A stretch of DNA of 64,000 nt from an uncultured Fibrobacter sp. (GTDB lineage: Bacteria; Fibrobacterota; Fibrobacteria; Fibrobacterales; Fibrobacteraceae). The notes under the pieces were generated by a model, which saw only the letters and a list, made by a program, of their open reading frames with translations, searched no databases and was not told the origin of the DNA. A program made the translations under genes and the position numbers. Below are positions 1 through 9,440 of this stretch, one piece after another; position 1 is the first letter of the stretch, and each line of letters opens with the position of its first letter. The stretch is taken from positions 31,652 through 95,651 of the forward strand of contig NZ_CAMGVQ010000003.1 in assembly GCF_946062555.1 (NCBI RefSeq), written 5' to 3'.

Positions 1-262
1 CGACTGGCGGAAACCATCGTTGCATTAAAGGTATGAATTTGGTGAATGTATAGAAGCAGTCATCCTGGAAGGAGTGAAGCGACTGGCGGAAACCATCGTT
101 GCATTAAAGGTATGAATTTGGTGAATGTATAGAAGCAGTCATCCTGGAAGGAGTGAAGCGACTGGCGGAAACCATCGTTGAATTAAAGGTATAAATTTGG
201 TGAATGTATAGAAGCTGTCATCCTGGAAGGAGTGAAGCGACTGACGGGATCCATAGTTGATA
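1..262. repeat. 79-bp tandem repeat with three full copies (1-79, 80-158, 159-237) and a diverged fourth; the array runs off the left edge of the window
   Basis: The unit cgactggcggaaaccatcgttgcattaaaggtatgaatttggtgaatgtatagaagcagtcatcctggaaggagtgaag restarts at 80, 159 and 238. Copy 3 has a few substitutions. Copy 4 keeps only cgactgacgggatcc. Confidence 0.9.
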
Positions 263-276
263 AATAAGGCTGATTT

Positions 277-1995
277 ATGAATGATTGGAGATTGATAAAT
301 AAAATTGATGGATGGCAGAAGAGCCTTTGTTCCCTTGCGGTGTTTTTCTTGGTGGCCTGCAGCGATTTTCACGGTCCGTGGGAATACACCCCGGAAGAAC
401 GTGAAATCTACACGGGCATTTACACCTACGGCTATGTGGTCGAAAACCGTAATGCAGAAATCTGTTTTTCGAAGGTCTACGAATTGGACGAAACTGCTGC
501 GGAAGATTTTGCGTTCTACGACAGTGCCTATGTCACGCTGCAGGGTCGCTTCAAGCGTTCGTTCCTTGGCGATGTGGATACGACCATTGAACTTCATGGT
601 GACAACTGCTTTACCAATAGTCTTTTTGAAGGTGTCGCGGGTGAATCCTATACGATGAACGCCTACTTTGAATGGGACAGCTCGGGACACCGGGCAAAAT
701 CCAGGTACAAGGCAGTCGCGACAATTCCGAATGGCGTGAAAATCAAGGGAATGAACGTGCCTTTGCGCGACGGGAGCTATGTGTGGAAGGCGAACGAAAA
801 TTACGAAATTGATAAGGACATTGGAAGAAACGCGAACTTTACCGTCAATTTCCTGGAATTCCCGATGGATATGGAATTCTTCAAGTGTGCCCTGGAGTTT
901 GACAACACGGTGGGCGGAGTCCTCTCGGTCTTGAATTACGGGATGGAAAACGGGGAATCGGTGAAGACGACGTTCAACCAGATGTTCAAGGGAATGACCG
1001 ATGCAGATTCGTCGGGGTACCGCGGCATTTCAATGCATGACCCGCTGGAAACGCAACAAAATTACGGCTATACGCTCAATCGTTGGATTGCCGGGTTCAA
1101 TAACCTGGATACGCTCTACCTGATGAACATGATGCTGCCTATTGGCGAAGTCTCTGTTGACCTGTATGCGACGGACCGCGCCTATGTGGATTACGTGGAA
1201 AAGGTGAAGGAATCCGTATCCGATTCACGCGTCGTTCCCGAGTCGAATATCGAAAACGGCATGGGGGTTTTTACTGGAATAGCCGTCTCGCATGTTAACT
1301 TGAATGTGAAGGGGGAGGGCGTGAACTTCAGTCATGTGGCCGATTACAACTGCGACAATTTGGAAAAATCCTGGGATTCCCGTGGATGCAGGCTCTTCCA
1401 GGATGTCGCGTGTGCAGGGTGGTCTGACTTGCATGGTTACGAAGACTTGATTTCGGCGAATGCGCATGCCTATGAACAATACCGGGATACGGTCTACAAC
1501 AAGGACTTGAAAAAGTGCTACGCTTCCAACGTGAAGGCCGCCATGATGCTCGATACGGCCAGCTGGTCAATCTTCTTGCCCGATTCGATGGATGAAAAGG
1601 AAAAGTCCAATGCGTATGCCGATGGTCTCAAACGTTATTGCGCCGCTAGCGGCTTTGAAAGTAACCATATCGCGGATTGCTCGGAACTTGAAAAGGAATG
1701 CCTTGAAGATCCCGAGAAGAACAACTGCAAGGATTATCTGTGGAACTGGTGTGCCGACCGCGGCTGGCCGGAATATGACCAGTGCAAGAGCGCACTTGTG
1801 AGTCGCTATTACCTGATGAACCAAAAGTCAAGTATCCTCCAACGCGAGGTCGAAAAAATCTGCAACGAATTTCAGCTAGGTGATAGCGAGAAACCTGCAG
1901 ACGGCAAAATCAAGGTCAAGCTGGAATTCAAGACATCGATATGCAGAAATTGGTGCGAACTTGATTCTGCCAAGGAACATGCCGAATGCAAGTAG
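277..1995 (+). CDS. Secreted lipoprotein with a cysteine-rich C-terminal third; function unknown
   Basis: 572-aa ORF. The signal peptide ends in the lipobox FFLVAC. More than 15 Cys are clustered in the last ~220 aa. I recognised no family. Confidence 0.6.
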   Translation: MNDWRLINKIDGWQKSLCSLAVFFLVACSDFHGPWEYTPEEREIYTGIYTYGYVVENRNAEICFSKVYELDETAAEDFAFYDSAYVTLQGRFKRSFLGDVDTTIELHGDNCFTNSLFEGVAGESYTMNAYFEWDSSGHRAKSRYKAVATIPNGVKIKGMNVPLRDGSYVWKANENYEIDKDIGRNANFTVNFLEFPMDMEFFKCALEFDNTVGGVLSVLNYGMENGESVKTTFNQMFKGMTDADSSGYRGISMHDPLETQQNYGYTLNRWIAGFNNLDTLYLMNMMLPIGEVSVDLYATDRAYVDYVEKVKESVSDSRVVPESNIENGMGVFTGIAVSHVNLNVKGEGVNFSHVADYNCDNLEKSWDSRGCRLFQDVACAGWSDLHGYEDLISANAHAYEQYRDTVYNKDLKKCYASNVKAAMMLDTASWSIFLPDSMDEKEKSNAYADGLKRYCAASGFESNHIADCSELEKECLEDPEKNNCKDYLWNWCADRGWPEYDQCKSALVSRYYLMNQKSSILQREVEKICNEFQLGDSEKPADGKIKVKLEFKTSICRNWCELDSAKEHAECK

Positions 1996-2420
1996 CGGCG
2001 GAGCTTGTTGCGGATTTCAAGCGTCATTTTGCGGAGCTTGCGCGCAATCAGCTTGCCGACAACGATGACTATGTGTGTCAGCAGCAACAGCGCCCACGCC
2101 AACCGTGCGTCGAACCAGCGCATCAGTAGGAACGCTCCTACCAGTCGATGGGCGTTCGACTTTTTCACCATGGCGGAAGCGGTCATATAGTAGTACACGA
2201 GCCTAAGGACGATAGTGCCTACCATGGTCAGCACCAGGAACGCCATCATGCGTGCAATGTCGTCTCGGGAGCCCGTTCGGATGGTTTCGTCGATAAAACG
2301 CTTGCTCAACCATACCATCAGCAATCCGAGCGCAACGCGCCCGGTTCCCGCCAAAATCCGAATGGCGATGCTTGTGCGGAAACCCCGCATCGCCTGCCAC
2401 AGGTAACGGGCGTATTTCAT
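1872..2420 (-). pseudogene. 3'-truncated fragment of an ABC exporter transmembrane domain
   Basis: MKYARYLWQAMRGF...VVGKLIARKLRKMTLEIRNK resembles the first ~140 aa of an ABC_membrane domain. No ATPase domain follows. The frame runs into the convergent lipoprotein gene. Confidence 0.4.
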
Positions 2421-2634
2421 TCGACCACGTTGACCTTCTGCCATTCGCCGACAATCGCGATGACATCGGCCTTGGCCTGTTCAGGGGAAACTTCGTATTC
2501 GTTCAGCAGAACTTCGGCGAGGGAATCTACAGTCCATTCGCCAAGGGTTTCCGCCCGTTTACAGGGAAGGTCACGCAGACTCCGTCTTGAACGAGTCGGA
2601 TCGCTTCGGACAGGATGACATCATCGGAAATCAT
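2417..2634 (-). pseudogene. PqqD-like peptide-chaperone remnant, frameshifted
   Basis: The C-terminal frame reads ...AETLGEWTVDSLAEVLLNEYEVSPEQAKADVIAIVGEWQKVNVVE, which is PqqD-like. The N-terminal piece (MISDDVILSEAIRLVQDGVCVTFPVNG) is in another frame. ATGA overlaps occur at both ends (2631-2634 and 2417-2420). Confidence 0.3.
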
Positions 2635-3041
2635 GCGATAGTTTCCGGGCAAAGTTTTGCTGCGGTTTCGTCTGGCAGGCATTCCGGGTGCCATACGGGA
2701 ACATGGGTGGCCAGGGCGTTTTCGGTTTGGTGGATTCCGTTTGCAATTTCCTTGTCCCAGCGCATTCCCGAAATGCAGGGAACAAGTGCGGCGTAGGCAG
2801 CGACTCCCTTTAAGGAAAAAATCTTGTTATACGGAGCCTGCGAAAGCAGGATGAATCCACCGACGTCGACGACTTCGTTCTTGTAACACGGGGTCTTTCC
2901 GCTTCAGGGGGAGCCGTAGACCTTCGCAGAAATCTTGCCGCCGTCCGCATTAAACAAGCGTACTATGGGGTTGTCGTCGTTGAGCAAGGTGGAACCTTTG
3001 ATGTACTGGAGCCATAGCCTCGCAGGGCGCAATGCAATCCA
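2631..3041 (-). pseudogene. 5'-truncated gene remnant with an in-frame TGA, possibly an HPr-kinase-like protein of the kind paired with PqqD
   Basis: The open frame has no start codon: ...LLNDDNPIVRLFNADGGKISAKVYGSP*SGKTPCYKNEVVDVGGFILLSQ... The stop lies at 2904-2906. The family assignment is tentative. Confidence 0.25.
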
Positions 3042-3068
3042 TTAGCCATTTTATAAATCCTTTAAAAA

Positions 3069-4247
3069 CTACTCTTCAATCTCGAAAATCTTTCCGGCGA
3101 GCATCTTGAGCAGCGCCTTGGAAAGGGCTTCCTTCGGGGTGAGCTTTTCCGTATCAACTTCCTTGCGCGTGCCGCCAATGTCAAAGGCAAGCATTGCACC
3201 GTCGTCGGCGACTTTCATCTGAACTTCAGCTCCCATCACGATTGGAAGGTTGACGTCGTCATGACCCGCCGGGAATCCGCACATTACGGGAATGTCGTAT
3301 TTTTTCAGGTACTTGGAAAGCATGGCCTCGGCGCTTTCGTAGTCGAGGTCGGTACCGGAATCCACGAATTCGCCGAGGATAACGCCCTTTACATTTTCCA
3401 TGACACCGTGCAGTTCGATCGAGTAGAACATGCGGTCAATGTTGCGCAGGTTTTCGCCGATTTCTTCCATAAAGAGGATGATGCCTTCGTTCTGGAATAC
3501 GTCGATGTCGGATGCGCCGATGAGAGGGACGAAGGTCGACATGTTGCCGCCCACGAGAATGCCCTTGGCGGTCCCGTTCTGGTTATACTTGTGCGAAGGA
3601 ACCTTGTATACGGGAACATCACCCTTGAGAAGGTCGCGCAGGAGCTTGCTGTTGTCTTCGTCGCCACCGGTCTTTGCGATGCTTGAGCTCATGGTACCGT
3701 GAATGCTCGCGATTCCCGCCTTGGTCTGCATGGCGTGCAGCGTGGTGATGTCGCTGTAACCGATGACCCACTTGGGATTTTCCTGGATGAGCTTCGGGTC
3801 GATGAGGTCCACCAATTGGATTGTGCCGTAGCCGCCACGGTTGCAGAGAATCGCCTTGATGCTGGTATCCTTGAGTGCGGCCCTAAAGTCGCTTGCGCGT
3901 TCTTCGACGGTGCCTGCGAATTTGCCTGCATCGAGCTTGTCGACATTTTTACCGATAACCGGTTCGAAGCCCCATTCCCTAATGACATCGGCCGTTTTCT
4001 GGATGTTGGAATCGGGGGTGGTGTACGAAGGAGAAAGCAATGCAATCTTGTCGCCCTTTTTTAGGAATGCCGGAGCATAGCTTTCGAGTGGTATCGCGAA
4101 CTTCTCGTTTTCGGCAGCAGTACTCTCGATGGTGTCGCTGCTACAGGCCGCAAAGGCCATGGCGATAGACAATGCGATTACGGGGCGTACCTTGCCTTTT
4201 CGGAACGAGCATCCGCTCTGCGTATTCTTCATAAAATTCATAAACAC
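3069..4247 (-). CDS. LD-carboxypeptidase (peptidase S66, LdcA/MccF-like) with a lipoprotein signal
   Basis: Contains LLSPSY...ERASDF...ILCNRGGYG and the nucleophile motif VIGYSDITTLH. The N-terminus has the lipobox AFAACS. Confidence 0.75.
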   Translation of the reverse strand: MFMNFMKNTQSGCSFRKGKVRPVIALSIAMAFAACSSDTIESTAAENEKFAIPLESYAPAFLKKGDKIALLSPSYTTPDSNIQKTADVIREWGFEPVIGKNVDKLDAGKFAGTVEERASDFRAALKDTSIKAILCNRGGYGTIQLVDLIDPKLIQENPKWVIGYSDITTLHAMQTKAGIASIHGTMSSSIAKTGGDEDNSKLLRDLLKGDVPVYKVPSHKYNQNGTAKGILVGGNMSTFVPLIGASDIDVFQNEGIILFMEEIGENLRNIDRMFYSIELHGVMENVKGVILGEFVDSGTDLDYESAEAMLSKYLKKYDIPVMCGFPAGHDDVNLPIVMGAEVQMKVADDGAMLAFDIGGTRKEVDTEKLTPKEALSKALLKMLAGKIFEIEE

Positions 4248-4496
4248 ACCCTTTTTTGTAATTGCCTCGGCACTATGAACGGGGGACCTGCGCTGATAAC
4301 TTTGTAAACGCAGGCATTTGAAATTCGTTGAAGCACCTCTTTTTCTATGTAAAATATAATATACTCGCGAGTTTCGGGCATTGTCATACTACGGAAATCT
4401 TACGAGAATGATGGTGGAAAATGATGCTGAACATGAAATTTTTTTATTGCATTCCTTGTAAAAATATATTATCTTCAGTGAGGAATAAGGAAAAAA

Positions 4497-5438
4497 ATGA
4501 AAAGAATTATCGTGTCTGCATTAATTGCTTGCGCAACCGTTTTTGCTCAGGAAACGGTTGTAACCGCCGATACGGCAGCCAAGGTCACCGACTCTGCTGC
4601 CCAAGTGGTGGAACCCGCAACTCCGGTCACTGAGTCCGCCGAAACGGCTTCTGCAGAACCGGCAACACAGACTGCTGAAGTGGTGGAGCCTGCCGCCTCT
4701 GCCGAAATGGCTGAGCCTATTGCTCAAACCGCCGTTCCCGTCTCCCAGCCTGCCGAAGGGCCGGTTGCCGAATCTTCCGCTACGGTTTTCGCCGCCTCTG
4801 CTCCCGCTCCCGTTAACGCTCCTGCCGCCGAAAAGACCTGGACGCACTTGTGGGGTGTCGGTGCGACGGTTCCTGTGGAACAGTACAAGTCTCGCGGCAA
4901 TAAAATTGACTTGATTAACTACGGCCTCGATCTCTCCTATACGGGAGTTGCCCGTTTTGGTCTTGCGTTGCATCTGTCCATTGCGGCGGGTTCTTCGTCG
5001 ACCGACAACATCCGTTTTGAAAAAAACGACGACAGGTTGGTCGGATCTTTCGGTGCGGTTGAAGCGGGTCTCGGTTTCAGCCCCGTGAACACCAATGGCT
5101 TTACGTTGGTCGTGCTTGCCGTGGCTGGCTACGAATATGCCGAGTTCGAATCCGACGAAAATGAGGTTCGCCATTCTGAACTTGGAATCGTCGAACGCCG
5201 TTTCACGGAAACCATGGGCGCACTCTCTGTCGGTGGTGACCTCGTGCTGCGTTTCGGACTTTCCGAACATATCGGCATCTTCGCGAGCGTGGGTGGCCGA
5301 TGGCTCCCCATTACGGTGACCGAATCTTCGGTGAGGTACGAGAAGGATGACGATTACGTCCGTACCGAAAGCTACATCGAAGATGATCGAGGCGTCTATA
5401 GCGTCGTTCCTGCCATTGGTGCGATGTGGAAGTTCTAG
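4497..5438 (+). CDS. Outer-membrane beta-barrel protein with an Ala/Pro/Glu/Thr-rich linker
   Basis: Signal peptide MKRIIVSALIACATVFA. The C-terminal half has an alternating beta-strand pattern and the protein ends in ...GAMWKF, a terminal aromatic residue. Confidence 0.55.
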   Translation: MKRIIVSALIACATVFAQETVVTADTAAKVTDSAAQVVEPATPVTESAETASAEPATQTAEVVEPAASAEMAEPIAQTAVPVSQPAEGPVAESSATVFAASAPAPVNAPAAEKTWTHLWGVGATVPVEQYKSRGNKIDLINYGLDLSYTGVARFGLALHLSIAAGSSSTDNIRFEKNDDRLVGSFGAVEAGLGFSPVNTNGFTLVVLAVAGYEYAEFESDENEVRHSELGIVERRFTETMGALSVGGDLVLRFGLSEHIGIFASVGGRWLPITVTESSVRYEKDDDYVRTESYIEDDRGVYSVVPAIGAMWKF

Positions 5439-5531
5439 CAAAACAAAAAAATATGTTGTCTAGGTAACACTTTCCGCTTGGTAGGGTGTTTTAAATATGT
5501 AATTTTGAAACAAACCCTATTGTGGAAAGGT

Positions 5532-6377
5532 ATGAAACGATTGAAATTAGTGCCCTTGGCACATTTGATGCTTTTTGTGTTGCTTTTTTCGGGGGTAGCA
5601 CTTGCCGACCGTGATGCCGAAATTCGCGATCTCAAGCTCGAAAAAGAAAAGCTCAATTCTGAAATCCAGAAATTGAACCGCCAGATAGCCTCGACCGACT
5701 CGATGCTCAAGGCGGACGATTCCCGTTACAAGACGCTTACGCAGCGCTACAAGGCCGATACGGAACGCCGCCGCAGCGAAATCGATACGCTGAACAATAA
5801 AATCAAGGCGTTTGCGGGGGAGCTCCAGACGGAACGCAATAAGCAGGCTCGCGCCAAGAACCGAAGCGACAATGTGGCTGCCAAGCGCAAGGCCCTGCGT
5901 GCGGAACTGGCGGGCATCAGCAAGAAACTAGAGACTCAGGTGGCCGAAACGCTCCCCTGGGAACGCGAAAGCAGGCTTGACCGAGTCAAGTCGCTCACTC
6001 GCGATATCGAAAGTGGCAATGCCAGCGAAGAAGAAGCTTTTTCTCGCCTTAAGTCGCTCATTGCCGAAGAAACCAAGTTCGGCGACGAAGTGGCAATCAT
6101 CAACAGTCCGCTTACCCGCAAGAATGGCGAGCTGATTAACGCCTCTATCCTCCGCATCGGAAACCAGTGGATGGTCTACAGTGACGAGAACGGAACCGTT
6201 TTCGGAACGCTTGTGCGTAAAGTGGAAAACGGAAAGGTAAACTACGATTGGAACGAGGATCTGAATCTGGAAGAACGCGCCGCGGTTCGGCTTGCTATCG
6301 ATGTGAAACAGGCTAAGAAACCGCCCCAGATCGTGAACCTGCCCGTGAGTCTTTCTGTCGTGGGGGGTGAAAGATGA
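5532..6377 (+). CDS. Coiled-coil periplasmic protein, DUF3450-like accessory component of a TonB2-type system
   Basis: Signal peptide MKRLKLVPLAHLMLFVLLFSGVALA followed by a long coiled coil. It sits directly upstream of the MotA/ExbB-family genes, and its stop overlaps the start of the next ORF. Confidence 0.5.
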   Translation: MKRLKLVPLAHLMLFVLLFSGVALADRDAEIRDLKLEKEKLNSEIQKLNRQIASTDSMLKADDSRYKTLTQRYKADTERRRSEIDTLNNKIKAFAGELQTERNKQARAKNRSDNVAAKRKALRAELAGISKKLETQVAETLPWERESRLDRVKSLTRDIESGNASEEEAFSRLKSLIAEETKFGDEVAIINSPLTRKNGELINASILRIGNQWMVYSDENGTVFGTLVRKVENGKVNYDWNEDLNLEERAAVRLAIDVKQAKKPPQIVNLPVSLSVVGGER

Positions 6378-6381
6378 GATT

Positions 6382-6451
6382 AGACGAAAGACGAAAGACG
6401 AAAGACGAGAGAATGTATAAACACGTCATTGCGAGCGTAGCGAAGCAATCC
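6382..6451. repeat. Short interspersed repeats: AGACGAA heptamer x4, then GTCATTGCGAG-N-GAAGCAATCC
   Basis: The run agacgaaagacgaaagacgaaagacgagag lies at 6382-6411 and gtcattgcgagcgtagcgaagcaatcc at 6425-6451. Both fall inside the 5' end of the long ExbB-like ORF. Confidence 0.85.
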
Positions 6452-7981
6452 AGAACAGCTTTATTTGCAACGGTTCTCTTCCTCTCGGCCTCCTCCGCCT
6501 TTGCGTGGCCGTGGTTGGGTTCCGGCGAAAAGAAGGTTTCCGCCGAAGACCAGGCGCGAATCAAGGATTCGTTGCAGATGGAAGAATTCCGCAACTTGCA
6601 GCGCGAAGTGGATGCCTTGAGCCGCATCCGTTTGCAGAAGGCCGATTCGCTCGAAAAGCTTGAGGCGGAACATTGGCGCAAGCGCTACGCCGAATCGCAA
6701 CTGACCGAAGAACATCAGGCGCAGTCGCGCGAACTCGACGGTCGCTATTCCAAGCTTTCAACGGATCTTGGCCGCGTGAGCGAAGAAGTCATGGCGAGCA
6801 AGAATATGACTAGCGATGCCGAAGAACGTGCTCAATCCGAGGAATCCGCTTACGATGCTTTGAATACGCAAGTCAAGCTTTCGATTGACAAGACACTCGG
6901 CGATGTCATAGGTGATTATCCGGTGGGTATGAACGGCCGACTGCTTCGGCTCCGTCAGGCTGCAGCCGAGGCTGACAAGAAAGTTCCGAACACCATCGGT
7001 GCCACGCAGGGTTTTATGGATGACCTGCTGCTCCGTCACGAAATGACGTATACGCAGTCCTATGGCCGCGAGGTGTCCCAGGTGGGTTCCCGCCCCGACG
7101 TGAACGTGAACCGCTTGCGTTTGGGAACGGTTTTCCTTGGCGAAGTGGCGCAGGATAACGGCGATGTGCAGGCGTTGCTCCGTTCGGGCGCGCTGCAAGG
7201 AAAAATCTTTGAATGGAATGCGGCGCTTCCGCCCGAAATGGCTGCAAATATCAAGCTGGCCGTGACGCAGGCAAGTAGCGGTTCCGTGGTCAGTGTTCCG
7301 CTTGATGTTTTGCAGAACAAGGCAATCAAGAACACCATTACCGATACGAAGGAACTTACCTGGGACGAAAAACTCAAGGCGTTCTTCAAGAAGGGCGGAA
7401 TCGTGATGTATCCGCTTGCTCTCGTGGCAATCTTTGCACTGCTCCTTTGCCTGGAACGGTTCCTGGTGTTGACTCACCGTGGACATCTGGGATGCCTCTT
7501 TATGAAGAAACTGAACGCACTCGTAAAGGATGGACTCTACGAAGATGCCGCCGCCCTCTGCCTCAAGAAGGAAACGAGCCTTTCGATGGTTCTGTTCGCC
7601 GTGCTGAACCGTGCCCGCGACAAGCGCGAAGATGCGGAACGTTCCTTGCAGGAAGCTCTGCTTCGAGAACAGCCGAAACTGGAACGCCGTATGGGGCTGT
7701 TGGCGGCCATGGGGACGATTGCTCCGTTGCTTGGCCTGCTGGGTACGGTGACGGGTATCATTACGCTCTTTACCGTGATTACCGAGGTGGGTACGAATGA
7801 TGCCCGCGTGTTGGCAGGCGGTATTTCCGAAGCCCTTGTGACGACGGAAACGGGCCTCGTGATAGCTATCCCCGTGATGATTCTGCATGGCCTTTTGAGT
7901 GAAAAAATTGAAAAGATCACGAGCGAACTCTACGTGCAGAGCACCTCGCTCCTGAACAGAATCTTCGGGAAGGAAGCGTAA
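6413..7981 (+). CDS. Long MotA/TolQ/ExbB-family proton-channel protein with a large N-terminal periplasmic extension (TtpC-like)
   Basis: The C-terminal region has three TM segments and the MotA_ExbB signature ...GTIAPLLGLLGTVTGII...AGGISEALVTTETGLVIAIP. The start is uncertain: the ORF opens at 6374, while M at 6413 precedes the signal-like segment. Confidence 0.7.
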   Translation: MYKHVIASVAKQSRTALFATVLFLSASSAFAWPWLGSGEKKVSAEDQARIKDSLQMEEFRNLQREVDALSRIRLQKADSLEKLEAEHWRKRYAESQLTEEHQAQSRELDGRYSKLSTDLGRVSEEVMASKNMTSDAEERAQSEESAYDALNTQVKLSIDKTLGDVIGDYPVGMNGRLLRLRQAAAEADKKVPNTIGATQGFMDDLLLRHEMTYTQSYGREVSQVGSRPDVNVNRLRLGTVFLGEVAQDNGDVQALLRSGALQGKIFEWNAALPPEMAANIKLAVTQASSGSVVSVPLDVLQNKAIKNTITDTKELTWDEKLKAFFKKGGIVMYPLALVAIFALLLCLERFLVLTHRGHLGCLFMKKLNALVKDGLYEDAAALCLKKETSLSMVLFAVLNRARDKREDAERSLQEALLREQPKLERRMGLLAAMGTIAPLLGLLGTVTGIITLFTVITEVGTNDARVLAGGISEALVTTETGLVIAIPVMILHGLLSEKIEKITSELYVQSTSLLNRIFGKEA

Positions 7982-8050
7982 AATAGGGAAGGTCGGACTA
8001 ATAAGGTCCCTGAGCTTGTCGAAGTGAACGGACAGAAATAATAAGTTGCA

Positions 8051-8734
8051 ATGAGCAATACGCATTACATATTCTTAGAATCCTTGCAGAACAATTACCA
8101 GGCGGGTGGCGTGGTCATGCTCCCGATTCTGCTGGCGGGCGTTATCGGATTCTACTTCCTGTTCTCGAGTTGGCTGCGCATCGGTAAGGATTTTTTCCGT
8201 GCAGATGTTCACAAGGTGGTCAAACGCATGCGTCGCGACTTGAACGGCGGTGAACGAGACCGCTTAAATAGCAAGTCGTCTATGGGTGTAGAGATGGCTA
8301 TTAAGCGCTTGCGCAAACGGGGCGGCCTTTTGGGCAGGGAACTTTGCAATGCCGTTGAAATTGCTGCGAAAAATCCGGATTCGTTTCGGGATTATATGCA
8401 GGTCCGTATGATGAAGACCGTCCGTTACATGGAACAGGGAACCCACATTGTATCGGTGATGGCGTCCGCGGCACCGCTTTTGGGCTTGCTCGGCACGGTG
8501 ACGGGCATGGTTTCGACATTCGAAGTGATAATACTGTACGGAAACCAAAACCCGGTGCTGATGGCCGACGGCATTTCTGAAGCGTTGATTTCAACGCAGA
8601 GTGGTTTGCTCGTGGCTTTCCCGCTGACACTTCTGAAACAGCGCCTTGACGAACGAATCGAAATTTTACGGCAGAACATGGAACTGGGTGCGACTGTAAT
8701 AGAGAACTATTTAGTAGAGAAGGTGAGCTGCTGA
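8051..8734 (+). CDS. exbB: ExbB/TolQ-type proton channel subunit
   Basis: Contains SAAPLLGLLGTVTGMVSTF...ADGISEALISTQSGLLVAFP and lies within the exbB-exbD-tonB gene order. Confidence 0.8.
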   Translation: MSNTHYIFLESLQNNYQAGGVVMLPILLAGVIGFYFLFSSWLRIGKDFFRADVHKVVKRMRRDLNGGERDRLNSKSSMGVEMAIKRLRKRGGLLGRELCNAVEIAAKNPDSFRDYMQVRMMKTVRYMEQGTHIVSVMASAAPLLGLLGTVTGMVSTFEVIILYGNQNPVLMADGISEALISTQSGLLVAFPLTLLKQRLDERIEILRQNMELGATVIENYLVEKVSC

Positions 8735-8737
8735 CAC

Positions 8738-8770
8738 GTCATTGCGAGGCGCGAAGCGACGAAGCAATCC
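8738..8770. repeat. GTCATTGCGAG...GAAGCAATCC repeat copy between exbB and exbD
   Basis: gtcattgcgaggcgcgaagcgacgaagcaatcc begins 4 nt after the exbB stop. Confidence 0.85.
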
Positions 8771-8788
8771 AAGGACGAAGGATTTATT

Positions 8789-9193
8789 ATGGAATTCAAT
8801 TTGCCGAGACGAAAGCAAAAAGATATGGGCATCGAGATGGGCCCGCTGATGGACATCGTGTTTATCTTGCTCATCTTCTTTGTGGTGACCTCTTCGTTTA
8901 CCCGCGAAACGGGCGTGGATGTGACCAAGCCGCAGGCGCAGACCGCAAGTCAACTCGAAAAGGAAAACCTGCTGATAGCCATTACGCGCGAAGGGACTAT
9001 TCACATGAACGAACGCCAGGTGGATCTAGCGAGCCTGCAGGATATCTTGAAGCAATCTCTAGCGAAAACTCCCGATCGCGAAGCCGTTGTAATCGCGGAC
9101 AAGGAAGCGGAAACGGGTGTGCTGGTGCAGGTGATCGATATGTGTAACTTGGCTGGAGTGAAAAAGGTTTCTATCGCGGCCCAGGCGGAGTAG
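8789..9193 (+). CDS. exbD: ExbD/TolR biopolymer transport protein
   Basis: 134 aa. The MGPLMDIVFILLIFFVV TM segment is followed by a periplasmic domain typical of ExbD. Confidence 0.85.
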   Translation: MEFNLPRRKQKDMGIEMGPLMDIVFILLIFFVVTSSFTRETGVDVTKPQAQTASQLEKENLLIAITREGTIHMNERQVDLASLQDILKQSLAKTPDREAVVIADKEAETGVLVQVIDMCNLAGVKKVSIAAQAE

Positions 9194-9194
9194 G

Positions 9195-9245
9195 TTTAGA
9201 CGAAGGAACGGCGCTTTGCGCCTACAGACGAGAGACGAAAGATTT
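9195..9245. repeat. Stop-adjacent module: TTTAGACGA.., a small GC hairpin, then CTACAGACGAGAGACGAAAGA
   Basis: tttagacgaaggaacGGCGCtttGCGCCtacagacgagagacgaaaga lies directly after the exbD stop. A paralogous copy lies at 10089-10137. Confidence 0.8.
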
Positions 9246-9301
9246 TTAAGAGAATTGTAACCGAGGTTTGTGGTAAGTGGTTGGCAGCGTGCCGTGATGC
9301 G

Positions 9302-9337
9302 GTCATCCTGGAAGGAGTGCAACGACTGACGGGATCC
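9302..9337. repeat. Solo copy of the 36-nt core of the 79-bp tandem unit
   Basis: gtcatcctggaaggagtgcaacgactgacgggatcc matches the unit junction at 218-254 of the tandem array. Confidence 0.85.
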
Positions 9338-9389
9338 AGAGAAGAAGGTTCAAGTAGGATGTGATTAGTGATGAGGGTCGAGAAGAATC

Positions 9390-9421
9390 GTCATTGCGAG
9401 GAATGAAACGACGAAGCAATC
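9390..9421. repeat. GTCATTGCGAG...GAAGCAATC repeat copy upstream of tonB
   Basis: gtcattgcgaggaatgaaacgacgaagcaatc ends 20 nt before the tonB ATG. Confidence 0.85.
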
Positions 9422-9440
9422 TATGTTAGAAAGATGATTT

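Noticed and set aside
2904-2906. The in-frame TGA in the kinase-like remnant as programmed recoding (selenocysteine or Trp).
   Set aside because: The gene also lacks a start codon and its neighbours are frameshifted or truncated. I see no SECIS-like hairpin directly downstream. Simple decay is more parsimonious.
5140-5160. A tRNA-like GAGTTCGAATCC string.
   Set aside because: It lies inside the OMP coding sequence and no flanking acceptor or anticodon arms can be drawn. I saw no convincing tRNA or rRNA anywhere in the window.
6758-8065. Long antisense ORFs. Examples are 6758-8065 (435 aa), 17756-18949 (397 aa), 47136-48470 (444 aa), 60053-61108 (351 aa), 56966-57937 (323 aa), 29490-30269 (259 aa), 55815-56603 and 61412-62185.
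   Set aside because: Each lies fully opposite a gene with clear family motifs or good RBS and operon context. Their translations are Arg/Gly/His-rich with no motifs, which is typical of shadow ORFs in moderately GC-rich coding DNA.
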